Source of the DNA: Dehalococcoidia bacterium
GTDB lineage: Bacteria > Chloroflexota > Dehalococcoidia > Bin125
Assembly: GCA_963663235.2 (NCBI GenBank)
Contig: CAXXNO010000008.1
Location: 168,103-232,102, forward strand
Length of the DNA: 64,000 bases
Direction: 5' to 3'
Shown one piece after another: positions 53,574-64,000 of the stretch. Numbering within the stretch: position 1 is the stretch's first letter; every line of letters starts with the position of its first letter. Made by a program: the position numbers and the translations under genes. The notes under the pieces are model-generated. The model was given only the letters and a program-made list of their open reading frames with translations. It was not told where the DNA came from and did no database searches.

Positions 53574-54527
53574 GGTTCTGTCAGATCTGAGGGCAGCGGG
53601 GCCAACGATGCGTGGTGATCCGGCGAGCGTTGATGGTGTCCTAGGCGACCTGCATCTCCTGGATCAGGGACCGCCAGCGGGCGACGAACAGCGGGCGCCG
53701 CGTCGCCAACGGGATCGGTAGTCCGGGCCGGGGCGGAACGCGAAAGTACTGGCGCAGCGCATCGAAGGCCGCGCAGAACTGGGCAGCGGAAGCGAACCGC
53801 CCGAAGCCCCGCATCGGATAGTAGCGCTGCTTGATGGCGCGGTGATCCTGCTCAATCCAGTTGTTGAGGTATTGATTGCAGCGATGTCGCACCTTCCGCC
53901 CGACGATCCACCGGATCGCCTTGCGATACGCGGGATGCGCGTCGGTCGTGATGCGTAAGGGCTTCCGTTCGGCGATCTGTATGAGACCCCGCAGGAAGCG
54001 TCGCGCGGCATGCTTGTCGCGGTGCGCGCTCAGCATCGAATCGAGCAGCGCGCCCTCCCGGTCGATCGCGCGATAGAGGTAGCACCATCGCCCGGCGACC
54101 TTCACGTAGGTCTCATCGATGTACCAGGAGACGCCCGCGCGACCGCGCCGCTTGGCGCGAAGCCGGTCCGCCAGGAGTGGCGCGAAGCGGAACTCCCAAT
54201 CGCGGATCGTCTCATGCGTCACCGTGTAGCCTCGCTCGAGGAGCAGTTCGGCGACGTCCCGGAAGCTGAGCTTGTACCGCAGGCGCCACAGCACGGCGAG
54301 CAGCACGAGGTCCGTCGGGTACTGGAGATCGTTGAAGGGCGTGCCGGTCCGCTCGTTGAAGCGCCGTCCACACGCGCGACAGTTGAATCGCTGGTAGCCT
54401 AGCGTCGTGCGATGCCTGCGCTTGGTCGTCGCAGTCGAGCGGCAGTGCGGACAGTGCATCGGCGTCTCCTCGTTGCGTCATGAACGAGGCGACGCTACGC
54501 CGACGAGCCCTGAGATCTGACAGAACC
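53574..54527 (-). mobile_element. IS6-family insertion sequence; transposase 53641-54459 with N-terminal Zn ribbon
   Basis: TIR GGTTCTGTCAGATCT at both ends; WYIDETYVKV, YLYRAID, ITTD, NNWIEQDHR. Confidence 0.95.
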
Positions 54528-54703
54528 GGATCCCAAAGAGCCGCCGCAGCGCCTAGGCCAAGTAGCGTGCCAGGTCGGTACCGTGGCTGTAGGAGTGATT
54601 GGAGGGAACGGGATCCGGACGCGGATCGAACGTCCCCTCGGCGATCTCGGTCGCGCGGACCTGCGCAGCGCCTTAGACTCTCGGCGCTTGAGAGGCGGCA
54701 CCA

Positions 54704-55618
54704 ATGAGCGAGATCGAGTTCGGGATTCACCTGAGCCTGTTGCATGGGGCCAAGGACGACGCGCGCAACGCCGAGGCGCTGGGCTACGATTACCTGCTCA
54801 CCGGCGAGCACATCATGTTCCACGGCCCCACAACGAACACCCTGATCGCGCTCGCAACGGCGGCCGGCGCGACGCAGCGCATCAAACTGATGAGCAGCAT
54901 CACCCTGGTCCCGCTCTATCCTGCCGTCCTCCTAGCCAAGCAAGCCGCCGTGCTGGACGTGGTCTCCGGCGGACGCTTCCATCTCGGCGTCGGCGTCGGC
55001 GGCGAGTTTCCCAAGGAGTTCGACGCCGTCGGCGTGCCCGTCGGCGAGCGCGGCGCCCGCACGAACGAAGCGCTAGAAGTGATCGACAAGCTCCTGACCG
55101 AGGAAGACGTGTCCTTCCACGGCCGCTTCACGCAGCTCGACGGCGTCACGCTTGCGCCCCGGCCGGTCCAAAAGCCGCGGATGCCGTTCTGGGTGGCCGG
55201 ACGCCGCGACGCGGCGATGCAGCGCGCGGCACGCTACGCCGAGGGCTGGCTGCCCTACATGTACACGCCACAGATGCTGGCCGAGAGCCTGGACAAACTC
55301 GCCCGCTTCACCGCCGAGGCCGGCCGGCCCGCGGGCACGGTGCGAGGCGGTCTCTTCGTCTTCACCTGCGTGCACGAAGACCGCGACACGGCGCTTGACC
55401 TGGCGAACCGGCAGCTCAGTCGTCAGTACAACCAGGACTTCTCGAAGATTGTGGAGAAGTACACGATCGTCGGCACGCCTCAGGACTGCATCGCGCGGAC
55501 GCAGGAGTACGTCGAGGCCGGCGCGCGGACCATCGTGTTCGCCCAAGGCTGTCCGCCCGAGTACGTCCCCGAGAACACCCGGCGGATCGCTGAGACGGTC
55601 ATCCCCGCTGTCCGCTGA
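54704..55618 (+). CDS. LLM-class flavin-dependent oxidoreductase
   Basis: AEALGYD...GEH, LDVVSGGRFHLGVGVG, PRPVQKP, GWLP. Confidence 0.92.
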   Translation: MSEIEFGIHLSLLHGAKDDARNAEALGYDYLLTGEHIMFHGPTTNTLIALATAAGATQRIKLMSSITLVPLYPAVLLAKQAAVLDVVSGGRFHLGVGVGGEFPKEFDAVGVPVGERGARTNEALEVIDKLLTEEDVSFHGRFTQLDGVTLAPRPVQKPRMPFWVAGRRDAAMQRAARYAEGWLPYMYTPQMLAESLDKLARFTAEAGRPAGTVRGGLFVFTCVHEDRDTALDLANRQLSRQYNQDFSKIVEKYTIVGTPQDCIARTQEYVEAGARTIVFAQGCPPEYVPENTRRIAETVIPAVR

Positions 55619-55843
55619 GACGGGCAGGCTGGCCTTGCTTCTGACTTGCCCTGTCCCGGCCCAAAATCCTATCCGTTTTAGGGCGCCAAAACCTCATCGC
55701 TGGCCATGGACAGCGCCGCGTGTCGCGCCGGGGTCGGGCGGCTCATCCGGTCGCGCGGCGGCCCGCGGCTTACCGAACCCCCGACGGGAGAAGGACTCCA
55801 CGTGGCCGTTCTCTCAGGGACTGCCCTGTGGCGGCTCAAACCC

Positions 55844-55929
55844 TGTGGGACCGCAAAATGTAATCCGACGGCTTCGTGGCCATCAATTCCGCTGGGAGAC
55901 GTCGGCGATCCGAGGTTTGTGGTCCCACA
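55844..55929 (-). mobile_element. 86-bp MITE, copy A
   Basis: TIRs TGTGGGACCGCAAA / TTTGTGGTCCCACA; colinear with 62376-62461. Confidence 0.8.
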
Positions 55930-56213
55930 GGCAACCCGGGGCGCGAGTCCTACGCGCCCCCGTCTCCCTCATCGCACTCGACATGAACGCTCCTCGGGCT
56001 CGGCACCTTCGCCCCGCCATTGTGCGCTGCTCTCCGGGAGATCGGCGGTTGTACCTTCGCGTCGAGCGCACTCGAAGAGCGGCCCGTATCCTATGCTCGG
56101 CGTCCGACTTGTAGTGCCCTCGCAGGAAGGCCTCCTGACTGCCCGCAGCACATGTCCGTAACGCCGTTCTGATCGCCAGTGGCCGGCGCCGGATCTACTA
56201 CGGGTGGTGGCTC

Positions 56214-57467
56214 ATGGTCGCCGGTGCCCTCGCCACCGGGCTCCTCGGCGGCCTCCTGTTTTGGTCCTTCGGCCTCTATATCGGCCCGATCGAGGCGCAG
56301 TTCGGCTGGTCGCGCACCGAGGTGTCGCTCGGCGTCTCGGGCGCCTTCCTGGCGAGTGGGCTCGCGTCGCCCTTGGCGGGCCGGTGGATGGACCGCTATG
56401 GCCCGCGGGTCGCCCTCGTGGGCGGGGCGCTCATCTGCGCCGTCGGATTCGTCCTGCTGTCGACAACCAGTGCGCTCTGGCAGTGGTACCTCTATCTGTG
56501 CGTGCTCGGCGTTGGCGTCTCGTTCGCGTTCTTCCTCCCCTTCCAGGTGCTGGCCTCGCGCTGGTTCGATCGCCGCCGGGGCGCCGCGCTGGGCCTGCTT
56601 GGCGTTGGCGCGTCCTTGGGCGGTGTAGTAGTCGTTCCCGTGGTGCGCGTGCTCATCGATACCATCGATTGGGAGGGGGCGCTGCTCGTCTCCGCTGCCC
56701 TCATGCTGGCCTATTACTTGCCGCTGGCCGTGCTGGTCGTGCGCGATCGCCCCGGTGACGGGCACCCCGCTCCCGACGGCCGGCGCGGGGCCGCCTCCGA
56801 ACCGCGTCGCGATTGGACTCCGACGGGCGCGTCGTGGGGGGTAGCGATCCGCACGCCCATCTTCTGGGTGCTGGCGCTGGCGATCTCCCTGTATTTCTAC
56901 GCGACTGTCGGCTTGGTCGTCCATGCCGTGCCGCTCTTCGAGGCGAACGGGATCAGCCCCGGCTGGGCCGCCGGGCTGGTCTCGGCGATGGCAGGGACAA
57001 GCATTCTGGCGCGCCTGCTCGTGGCCGCGGCCACGGATCACGTGCCACGGTTTGAGTGGATCGCGATGCTGCTCGCCGCGTGCGGCATCCTCACCGTCAC
57101 GGTGTTCTTGTTGGACACCAGTGCGTGGAGCCTCGCGCTGTTCGTCGTACTTTGGGCGCTGGCCGACACTGGCCCGGCCGTGGTCGAACCGCTGCCCCTG
57201 GCGGCCGCCTTCGGGGCGGCGTCCTTCGCCACCATCCTCGGCACGGTCGTGCTGCTGCGAACGGTGATTATGCTGATCTCACCCGCCGTCGCCGGCGCAA
57301 TCTTCGACGCGTCCGGCTCGTACACCGGCGCACTCGTGATGTTCCTCAGCGCCTTCGGTTTATCGCTGCTCTTGTTCTATACGGCGATGCGGCTGCATCG
57401 ACCAGTGAGCGTGACCGCTGCGCCGGGATCGCTGGACCCAGGCGCCGCGCCACCTGCCCTGCCGTAG
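56214..57467 (+). CDS. MFS transporter (OFA-like); N-terminus may be damaged
   Basis: RRIYYGW in frame upstream; FGWSR, GRWMDRYGPR, RWFDRRRG.ALG; about 12 TM segments. Confidence 0.9.
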   Translation: MVAGALATGLLGGLLFWSFGLYIGPIEAQFGWSRTEVSLGVSGAFLASGLASPLAGRWMDRYGPRVALVGGALICAVGFVLLSTTSALWQWYLYLCVLGVGVSFAFFLPFQVLASRWFDRRRGAALGLLGVGASLGGVVVVPVVRVLIDTIDWEGALLVSAALMLAYYLPLAVLVVRDRPGDGHPAPDGRRGAASEPRRDWTPTGASWGVAIRTPIFWVLALAISLYFYATVGLVVHAVPLFEANGISPGWAAGLVSAMAGTSILARLLVAAATDHVPRFEWIAMLLAACGILTVTVFLLDTSAWSLALFVVLWALADTGPAVVEPLPLAAAFGAASFATILGTVVLLRTVIMLISPAVAGAIFDASGSYTGALVMFLSAFGLSLLLFYTAMRLHRPVSVTAAPGSLDPGAAPPALP

Positions 57468-57513
57468 GCGAAGGGCCTGAACCGGCCGGCGAACGCAAGC
57501 ACCGTTGACCAGC

Positions 57514-57692
57514 GGTTCTGACGGCCTTCACTATCGCGACTCTCCCCCTGACCGACGACGCGACCCGGATTGATGAAGGCGACGAAGCCGTGACCGTGCT
57601 CCGCGGATCCCCTCGCGGCGCATCCTCGCGACTCCTCGTCGTTGCACTGACGAGGCGACGCCCTCCGGTGGACCCTGAGTTCTGACAGAACC
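57514..57692 (-). mobile_element. IS6-derived internally deleted remnant
   Basis: CCCTGAGTTCTGACAGAACC at the right; degenerate GGTTCTGACGG at the left. Confidence 0.55.
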
Positions 57693-57881
57693 AGTCGGGG
57701 CCGCGTTGAGTGTTGTCTGGGCTGGCGGACGGAGTATCGCGACACCACAGGGCGGATAGGATATTGGCGCCTCACACGAGAGTCGGGCGTCGGCACACCG
57801 GGGTCAAAATCCAGGGTGGGCACGTTGGCGCCGTGGGGAGATCGCCTCCTTCGATGAAGGAGCGCTAGGGAGGACTGGGCA

Positions 57882-59261
57882 ATGGCGCAGCCAGACCGAC
57901 TCCTAATCCGGGGCGGCCGGGTCTTTGATGGGTTGAGCCAAGAGCTGCAGCAACGGGACATCCTCGTTGAGGGGGCACGGATCGCGGCCGTGGGCCCTGG
58001 CCTCGAGGCCGATGCGACCGTGTTCGACGCCAGCGGGAAGTGGATCACGCCCGGGCTGATCGACATGCACGTCCACCTCTGGAACCTGGGCATGGAAGCG
58101 CTACCCGCGATCGTCGGGCACGGCGTCACCACGGTCCGTGACCTGGGCTCCCACTGGACGTGGGGCACCTTTGGTGTGGGCGGCGATGCTCGCCGGGTGC
58201 GGCAAATCAAGCTGGACGTGGAGGCCGGCAAGGTGGTGGGTCCCAACGTCATCTATGCCGGCCCAGTCCTGCACCAGGCAAACCCCGCCATCATGTCGAA
58301 TGCGGCGATGCGCGCGGCGCTCGCCGGCGCGTCCGGCGACCCCGGCTCGCGGCCAATCGAAACGGCAGAGGAGGCTCGCGCCGCGGTCACGTACCTCATC
58401 GAGGCCCAGGGCGTGGGCACCATCAAGATCTACGAGAGCGTCCGCAATCCCGTCACCGCGGCGATCCTGGAAGCGGCCGCGGGTCGAGTGCCCGTCACGG
58501 GCCACCTTGCGCTGACATCCTCCACGTTCGCGATGGAGCACGGTATCGGTGGACTTGAGCATGTCTCCCAGAGTCCCATCCGCGACTTAGCGCCGGCGCA
58601 CCGCCGGATAGACCCCGACGACTGGCTTGGCGTGCCCGGCTACGTCCTGACCGTGCTGCGTGCCTGGGCCGATGTGGACCTGAACGGCCCGGAGGTGGAG
58701 CGCTGGCTGCGAACGCTCCTGGACTCCGGGGCGTTCCTCGACCCCACCATCACCGTCGATGCGGCGCGGCCGAAGCCGGGCGATCCTCGCTGCACGCTCT
58801 TCCCGACGGTCTTCGGCTCATCGGCCGTCCCGCGACCAGCCTCCGCGGATCGGGGAGACGTTCGCGTCTGGGCGGGCGAAGCCGTGACCAGCCGGGCACG
58901 CGCGAACCAGCGCGGCCTGATCCAGCTCATCTATGAGCACGGCGGCGATCTCGTCGTCGGAACGGACCTCCTCGCCGGCGCGCTGCCGGGCTGGAGCTAC
59001 CACGCCGAGTTGGCAGCGCTGCAGCGGCGAGGGATGAAGCCGATCGACATCTTGTACGCTGCCACATCGGTCGCTGCCCGCCACCTCTGGCGAGATGACC
59101 TCGGACGCATTGCACCGAAGGCCAGGGCAGACTTGGTCGTCATGAGCAAGGATCCCACGCTCGACATCACCGATATCAGCAGCATCACGCATGTCGTCAA
59201 AGGCGGCGCCGTGTACGAGTCGGCGAAACTGCTCGCCCTCACACCGGCAGCGTCGGCATGA
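57882..59261 (+). CDS. Amidohydrolase family protein
   Basis: PGLIDMHVH, GVTTVRDLG, IKIY, VGTD, G.I..ADLVV..DP. Confidence 0.92.
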   Translation: MAQPDRLLIRGGRVFDGLSQELQQRDILVEGARIAAVGPGLEADATVFDASGKWITPGLIDMHVHLWNLGMEALPAIVGHGVTTVRDLGSHWTWGTFGVGGDARRVRQIKLDVEAGKVVGPNVIYAGPVLHQANPAIMSNAAMRAALAGASGDPGSRPIETAEEARAAVTYLIEAQGVGTIKIYESVRNPVTAAILEAAAGRVPVTGHLALTSSTFAMEHGIGGLEHVSQSPIRDLAPAHRRIDPDDWLGVPGYVLTVLRAWADVDLNGPEVERWLRTLLDSGAFLDPTITVDAARPKPGDPRCTLFPTVFGSSAVPRPASADRGDVRVWAGEAVTSRARANQRGLIQLIYEHGGDLVVGTDLLAGALPGWSYHAELAALQRRGMKPIDILYAATSVAARHLWRDDLGRIAPKARADLVVMSKDPTLDITDISSITHVVKGGAVYESAKLLALTPAASA

Positions 59262-59349
59262 TCGGGCGCGGATCTTTGTACCTATGACGGTTCGAGACTC
59301 CATCCGTGAAGCGCCGTCGAGTTGAGTCGTCGACATTGCGACGCTGACG

Positions 59350-59655
59350 GTCGCGATTGGCGACGGGTTGATGGAGGAGCAGTGTACTTCGTACGGCTTT
59401 ACGCTCGCTTCTCCGCGTGATGCGGCGTCGCGCGGCAGTCAGGTCTCGTACCGGCATGTCGAGGGGTATCCGATTATGCAGGCGATGATCGCGCGGGGCG
59501 TGATTGGCGACTTCCGCGCGCCCGACCTGCTCCGTTTCGGCTTCGCGCCGCCGTACGTCCGCTATGTGAACGTATGGGATGCCGTCTGCGTGTTGGCGGA
59601 GACCATGCAAACGGGAGAATGGAACCGGGGGAGTACCGGCAGCGGATGGCGGTGA
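59350..59655 (+). pseudogene. kynU: C-terminal fragment of kynureninase
   Basis: SPR...RGSQVS..H..GY.IMQAMIARGVIGDFR.PD.LRFGF.P.Y. Confidence 0.75.
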
Positions 59656-59678
59656 CGTAGCGGATCCAGCGAGGGCGC

Positions 59679-59953
59679 ATGGCAGGCCGCTCGGAGTTGC
59701 TGCGGGTCTTCGTCCGTCAATGCCGGCGTCGCCTGTTCGGCCTCAAGGTGGCGGATTCGACGGGCGCCAGGCTCTCGGGTGGGATGCTTCCGGCCCGCAC
59801 GATGGTCCTGCGACGGCTGCTGACGCGTGCCTACCTGGACCCCGACGAACGAAACGCGGGCCTGCCGCTCCCACCTTCTGCGGGGGGTTTCGTGACGAAC
59901 GTCGCGCTGGCACTGGCCGGCCGGGTCGCGATCATTCTCAACTACTCGCTCTC
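59679..59953 (+). pseudogene. Fragment of an Aas-like AMP-binding enzyme
   Basis: KVADSTG, G..LPPS.G....N.AL...GRV...LNYSL; cut by an IS6 end. Confidence 0.6.
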
Positions 59954-60115
59954 GGTTCTGTCAGATCTCGGGGCGCAGACGCGGTGCCGGCGTGCTGCCC
60001 CCGCCCCGCTCCTCCTAGAGTGCGGCCATCTCCGCGAGCGGCGCATGCCAACGGATGGCAACGAGCCGTCGCTGCTCTGCGAGCGGGACGTACTCGCCGC
60101 GCCGATCGCGGGCGT
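59954..60115 (-). mobile_element. IS6 3' remnant
   Basis: IR GGTTCTGTCAGATCTCGGGGC; minus strand VPLAEQRR...RWH...EMAAL*. Confidence 0.75.
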
Positions 60116-60252
60116 GCCAGAAACAGTCGACTCCCGCGCGGCGGTGAGCGCTGCCAGGCCGTCGCCCCCGCGTGGTAGGCTCTCCGCGTGGAGACGGCGG
60201 TAAGCAGTAGGCCGCTCGTAGCCCGGCACTTGGACCGCAGGAGGAGGCTGGC

Positions 60253-61482
60253 GTGAAGATCGAGATGTTCCACCTCTGTCCGTATCGCGATCTGCCGCCG
60301 GATTTCCGCGAGCGCAATCGCAGCGTATGGGTCGATGTCCCTAGCCACCTGTTCGACGCCCAGACGGCGCACCGGCTCTACAACGAGACTCTGGACGAAC
60401 TTGTCTACGCTAGCGAGGTCGGCTACGACGGCGTCTGCATCAATGAGCATCACCAAAACGCGTATGGTCTGATGCCGTCGCCAAACATCATGGCCGCGGC
60501 TCTGGCGCGCCAAACGAAAGACACGGCGATTATCGTGCTCGGCAACTCCATCGCCTTGTACAATCCACCGCTCCGCGTTGCGGAGGAGTTCGCCATGCTC
60601 GACTGCATCAGCGGAGGACGCCTCGTCGCGGGCTTCCCGGTCGGCAGCACCATGGACACCAACTTCTGCTACGGCATGAATCCGGCAACCCTCCGCGACC
60701 GCTATCGAGAAGCGGAGGAGCTCATTATCAAGGCGTGGACCTGCGACGAAGTCTTCTCCTTCGATGGCGAGTACACCCAGTTGCGCTACGTGAACCTCTG
60801 GCCGCGGCCGCTCCAGGACCCGCATCCTCCAGTCTGGATCCCCGGCGGCGGATCGATCGAGACCTGGGAATGGACGGTGCAGAAGGGCTACAACTACGCC
60901 TACCTGTCATATAGCGGAACGGCGCGTGGCAAGAGAGTCATGGACGGCTTCTGGAAGGTCGCCAACAGCCACGGTGTCGACAACCCCTACCACGCCGGCT
61001 TCCTGCAGCTCGTTGCCGTGGGGAAGAGCGAGCAGGAAGTCGCGGACAAGTTCGGTGCGCACGGCGAATATTTCTATAACAAGATGCTCCACATCTACGA
61101 AGGCTTCTCCGACGCACCCGGCTACAGGACGCTGGACACGATCAAAGCTGGCCTGCTGGCGCAGACCACGGCCTTCGCCGGCGGAGACCCGGTCGAGTTG
61201 ACCTGGAATGATTTGTGCGAGCAGGGCAATATCATCGCCGGAACGCCGTCGCAGGTGACCGAACAGTTGGAGCAAGTCATCAAGGATCTGCGCATCGGAC
61301 ATCTCATGGTGCTGAACCAGTTCGGCTCCATGCCCCATGACCTGGCGATGGAGAACATCCGCATGACCGCGACGGAGGTCGTGCCGAACCTGCGTCACCT
61401 CTGGTCGGAGTACGAGGACCACTGGTGGCCACAGGGCGCGGTTGTCCGGCAGCCGGCCGGAGCAGCGGTAGCGGGCGACTAG
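60253..61482 (+). CDS. LLM-class flavin-dependent oxidoreductase
   Basis: NEHHQ, RVAEEFAMLD.ISGGRLVAGF, WPRPLQ.PHPPVW; RBS GGAGG. Confidence 0.93.
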   Translation: MKIEMFHLCPYRDLPPDFRERNRSVWVDVPSHLFDAQTAHRLYNETLDELVYASEVGYDGVCINEHHQNAYGLMPSPNIMAAALARQTKDTAIIVLGNSIALYNPPLRVAEEFAMLDCISGGRLVAGFPVGSTMDTNFCYGMNPATLRDRYREAEELIIKAWTCDEVFSFDGEYTQLRYVNLWPRPLQDPHPPVWIPGGGSIETWEWTVQKGYNYAYLSYSGTARGKRVMDGFWKVANSHGVDNPYHAGFLQLVAVGKSEQEVADKFGAHGEYFYNKMLHIYEGFSDAPGYRTLDTIKAGLLAQTTAFAGGDPVELTWNDLCEQGNIIAGTPSQVTEQLEQVIKDLRIGHLMVLNQFGSMPHDLAMENIRMTATEVVPNLRHLWSEYEDHWWPQGAVVRQPAGAAVAGD

Positions 61483-61503
61483 GCGGGCGAGGCCGAGGCG
61501 ATC

Positions 61504-62322
61504 GTGCGAGAGACGCACATCCCCGTCCGCGGCGGCGATTTCGCCGTCGATGTGTTTGAGGGTGGCGACGGGTCGCCGCTGCTTTTCCTCCACGGGATTC
61601 GTGGCCTGCAATGGAACGGCTTCCTCGAACGTCTCTCCCTTGAGCACCGCGTGATCGCGCCGTGTACGCCCGGGTTCCCCGGCTCGACCGGTGGCGAGCG
61701 ACTGCAGGACGTGCACGATCTCATCTACTTCTACCTTGATCTGCTCGACGAGCTGGGCCTGCACCGCCTGCCGATCGTCGGCCATTCCTTCGGCGGGATG
61801 ATCGCGGCGGAGCTGGCGGCGGTACAGCCGGAGCGGTTCTCGGCGGTTGTGCTGATCGCGGCCTTCGGGCTGTGGCGTTCGGACGTTCCGGCCCTGGACA
61901 TCTTCTCAGCGCTCCCCCAGGATTTCACGCGCGCTATGTTCTACGACCTTGAGTCACCGGCGGCCAAAGTCATGACCGCCAACGAGCCGGAAGCCCTCAC
62001 CGAAATCGATGCCGACTCCCCCGCCGGCCAGAGAACTATCGACTACCACCTTGATCGAGCACAGTCGCTCGCGACGGTTGCCCGCTACCTATTCCCGATC
62101 CCGAATCGCGGCTTGAGTAAGCGCTTACACCGGCTGACGCAGCCGACCCTGCTCGTGTGGGGCCGGCACGACACCATTTGCCCCCCGGCCTACGGCGACG
62201 CCTTCCAGGCCGCGATCGCCGGCGCGCGCTTGGAGATCGTGCCGGAGGCGGCGCATATGGTCGTGGCGGAACAGCCTGAGCGCGTTGCCGCTCTCATCGA
62301 ACCCTTCCTCGCCGGCTCGTAG
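61504..62322 (+). CDS. Alpha/beta fold hydrolase
   Basis: FLHG, GHSFGG, PTLLVWG..D, AAH. Confidence 0.9.
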   Translation: MRETHIPVRGGDFAVDVFEGGDGSPLLFLHGIRGLQWNGFLERLSLEHRVIAPCTPGFPGSTGGERLQDVHDLIYFYLDLLDELGLHRLPIVGHSFGGMIAAELAAVQPERFSAVVLIAAFGLWRSDVPALDIFSALPQDFTRAMFYDLESPAAKVMTANEPEALTEIDADSPAGQRTIDYHLDRAQSLATVARYLFPIPNRGLSKRLHRLTQPTLLVWGRHDTICPPAYGDAFQAAIAGARLEIVPEAAHMVVAEQPERVAALIEPFLAGS

Positions 62323-62375
62323 CGTCCGGATGCGGTGTAGTTGGACGTCGTACATCCCCGCGCTTGGGGTGACCG

Positions 62376-62461
62376 TGTGGGACCACAAAACTCGGATCGC
62401 TGACGATTCCCGGCCGATCTGAAGGCGACGAGGCCGTCGTATGAGAGTTTTTGGCCCCGCG
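62376..62461 (+). mobile_element. 86-bp MITE, copy B (right end degenerate)
   Basis: Ungapped similarity to the reverse complement of 55844-55929. Confidence 0.75.
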
Positions 62462-62565
62462 GATGTAGGTTCGTGGCGGAAGGATTACGGGAACTCGAGC
62501 TGATGGCTTGTAGGAGCCTCGCGACCACGGACGATCAGCGACCCAGCGGCGATCTTGGAGGGCGG

Positions 62566-63255
62566 ATGTACTGGACGGTCGTCAAGGCCAACCTGCGTGA
62601 GCGAAGGTTGGTCGGGGAATTCAACGATTGGTACAATACCGTGCACATGCCGGCCTTCGTGCGTATGGACGGCTTTACGCGTGGCTGGCGGATTCGGCGG
62701 ATTGAGCATCCCGAACAGCGTGGGACCCCAGGCCAGGAGTTCCTGGCAATCTACGAAGTCGAATCGATCGAGGCGTTCGTCGCAGCTCTCCGCAAGACGG
62801 AGGCAGAAAGCGGACATGGGTGGGAGAGGTGGGAACGACACCTCACCGACTGGCAGCGCAGCTACCACCGCGTGATCGCAGCCTGGCATGATGCACCCCA
62901 CGTTGCGGATGCCACTGGGCGGTACTGGGCTGCCGTGAAGGTTGACTTCGTCCCGCACGCCGACCGCCGTGAGCCGGCGTTCAACGCTTGGTACAACGAT
63001 GTCCACGTACCGGAGGTGACGAGCAATCCCGGGTTTCGGCGCGCTTGGCGCCTCGAGTCCGTCCCCCATGACAGCCAGCTCGGCGTCGTGAGCCAGAAGT
63101 ACTGGGCCGTGTACGAGAGCGACCGGATTGATGATCTCCCCGCCGCCCGACGTGGCATGGTCCCCTGGGATGGCGACTGGGAACCGTGCATCCGCAATTG
63201 GGAGCAGATGTATCACGAAGTCCTCTACCAACACCTCCACGACAATGCCCGCTAG
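62566..63255 (+). CDS. Tandem EthD/DUF4286-like dimeric alpha-beta barrel protein
   Basis: Two internal repeats: FNDWYNTVHMP..GF...WR and FNAWYNDVHVP..GF...WR; ATG after GGAGG. Confidence 0.7.
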   Translation: MYWTVVKANLRERRLVGEFNDWYNTVHMPAFVRMDGFTRGWRIRRIEHPEQRGTPGQEFLAIYEVESIEAFVAALRKTEAESGHGWERWERHLTDWQRSYHRVIAAWHDAPHVADATGRYWAAVKVDFVPHADRREPAFNAWYNDVHVPEVTSNPGFRRAWRLESVPHDSQLGVVSQKYWAVYESDRIDDLPAARRGMVPWDGDWEPCIRNWEQMYHEVLYQHLHDNAR

Positions 63256-63520
63256 CCTCGGTGGCTCGCGGCTTCTGGCGGTCAGAAAGCGACCTGTGGG
63301 ACGCCAAAACCACATCGGTTCTCAATTCGGGTCGTGGGGGTGCAAAACCACATCCGTTCTGATCTCAACGGGCCTGCTCACTAGACCAACCGCGATTCGC
63401 GCCCGGCAAACGGATGTAAGGAATAGTGGGCCAATACAGGCAGGTCAAACGGACGAGCCTTCCGATCTCGGTCGCCTGCTACTCTCATCTGGTCGGCGGC
63501 GCGGCGATTAGTGAGGGCCC

Positions 63521-64000
63521 ATGTTTCCGTTCCGCAAATGGCGTTCCCGTAGGGGCGCCCCCAGCGATGCGTCTGAGCCGCAACGCCGGACGTCAGCGCA
63601 CTCTCGAGCGACACTGATCGTCCTCCTCCTTGCCGCCGCCGTCCTCGCGCTGGCCCTCCCACCGACGCGAACTGTCCCCGCTCAGGCTCCGCAGGTCGGG
63701 GCGGTCACCCTGGACGCCAGTGCGAGCACCGTCCCCTGCTGCGCCGGTTCAGCCACGATCACCGTCACGGTGACGAGCGTCGCCGGAAACCCACTGCCGA
63801 ACATCGCCGTCATCTTCTCCACCACCCTCGGTCGGTTCAGTACCGCGAACGTGACGACGAATGACAACGGGCAGGCCTCCGTCACGCTCTTTCATGCCGG
63901 AATCCCCGGCGACGCGACGGTCAACGCGACCGCCCAGGGCGCCGGGAGCGCCGTATCCGCCAGCACGACGGTCACCCTTCTCGGGCCGCCTGCCTTCGTG
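63521..64000 (+). CDS. Secreted protein with a bacterial Ig-like (Big_1/invasin-type) domain; runs off the window
   Basis: ATG at 63521, hydrophobic signal LIVLLLAAAVLALAL, then ATITVTV...GNPL...V.F.TT.G....VTTND.GQASVTL. Confidence 0.7.
   Translation, partial: MFPFRKWRSRRGAPSDASEPQRRTSAHSRATLIVLLLAAAVLALALPPTRTVPAQAPQVGAVTLDASASTVPCCAGSATITVTVTSVAGNPLPNIAVIFSTTLGRFSTANVTTNDNGQASVTLFHAGIPGDATVNATAQGAGSAVSASTTVTLLGPPAFV

Overview
GC-rich accessory region. The gene content (several luciferase-like monooxygenases, enoyl-CoA hydratase, CoA-transferase, lipoprotein ABC binders) resembles Chloroflexota/Dehalococcoidia-like bacteria, but that taxonomy is inference only. It is a mosaic of small catabolic/transport modules separated by IS debris from three families: an rve/IS481-like element with TGT...ACA ends, IS3 and IS6. 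A 7.1-kb block (RidA, polyamine-type ABC transporter, LLM) occurs twice (44-7145 and 32899-40025). A tyrosine recombinase at 29184-30143 lies between the 3' half of a tRNA-Lys(TTT) and a perfect 8-bp inverted repeat with a 7-nt anticodon-loop-like spacer. A truncated paralog near 11.8 kb carries what looks like a recombined version of that site. Also present: an hsdS remnant coupled to a DUF433/PIN toxin-antitoxin pair, a putative PD-(D/E)XK nuclease, frameshifted addB/addA-like genes and many orphan gene fragments. The most notable signals are (i) a strong A:T->C:G transversion bias in decayed sequences, (ii) the anticodon-loop-mimicking recombinase sites, and (iii) stacks of solo IS ends plus an 86-bp MITE family. 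All calls are by eye from motifs; no searches were run.
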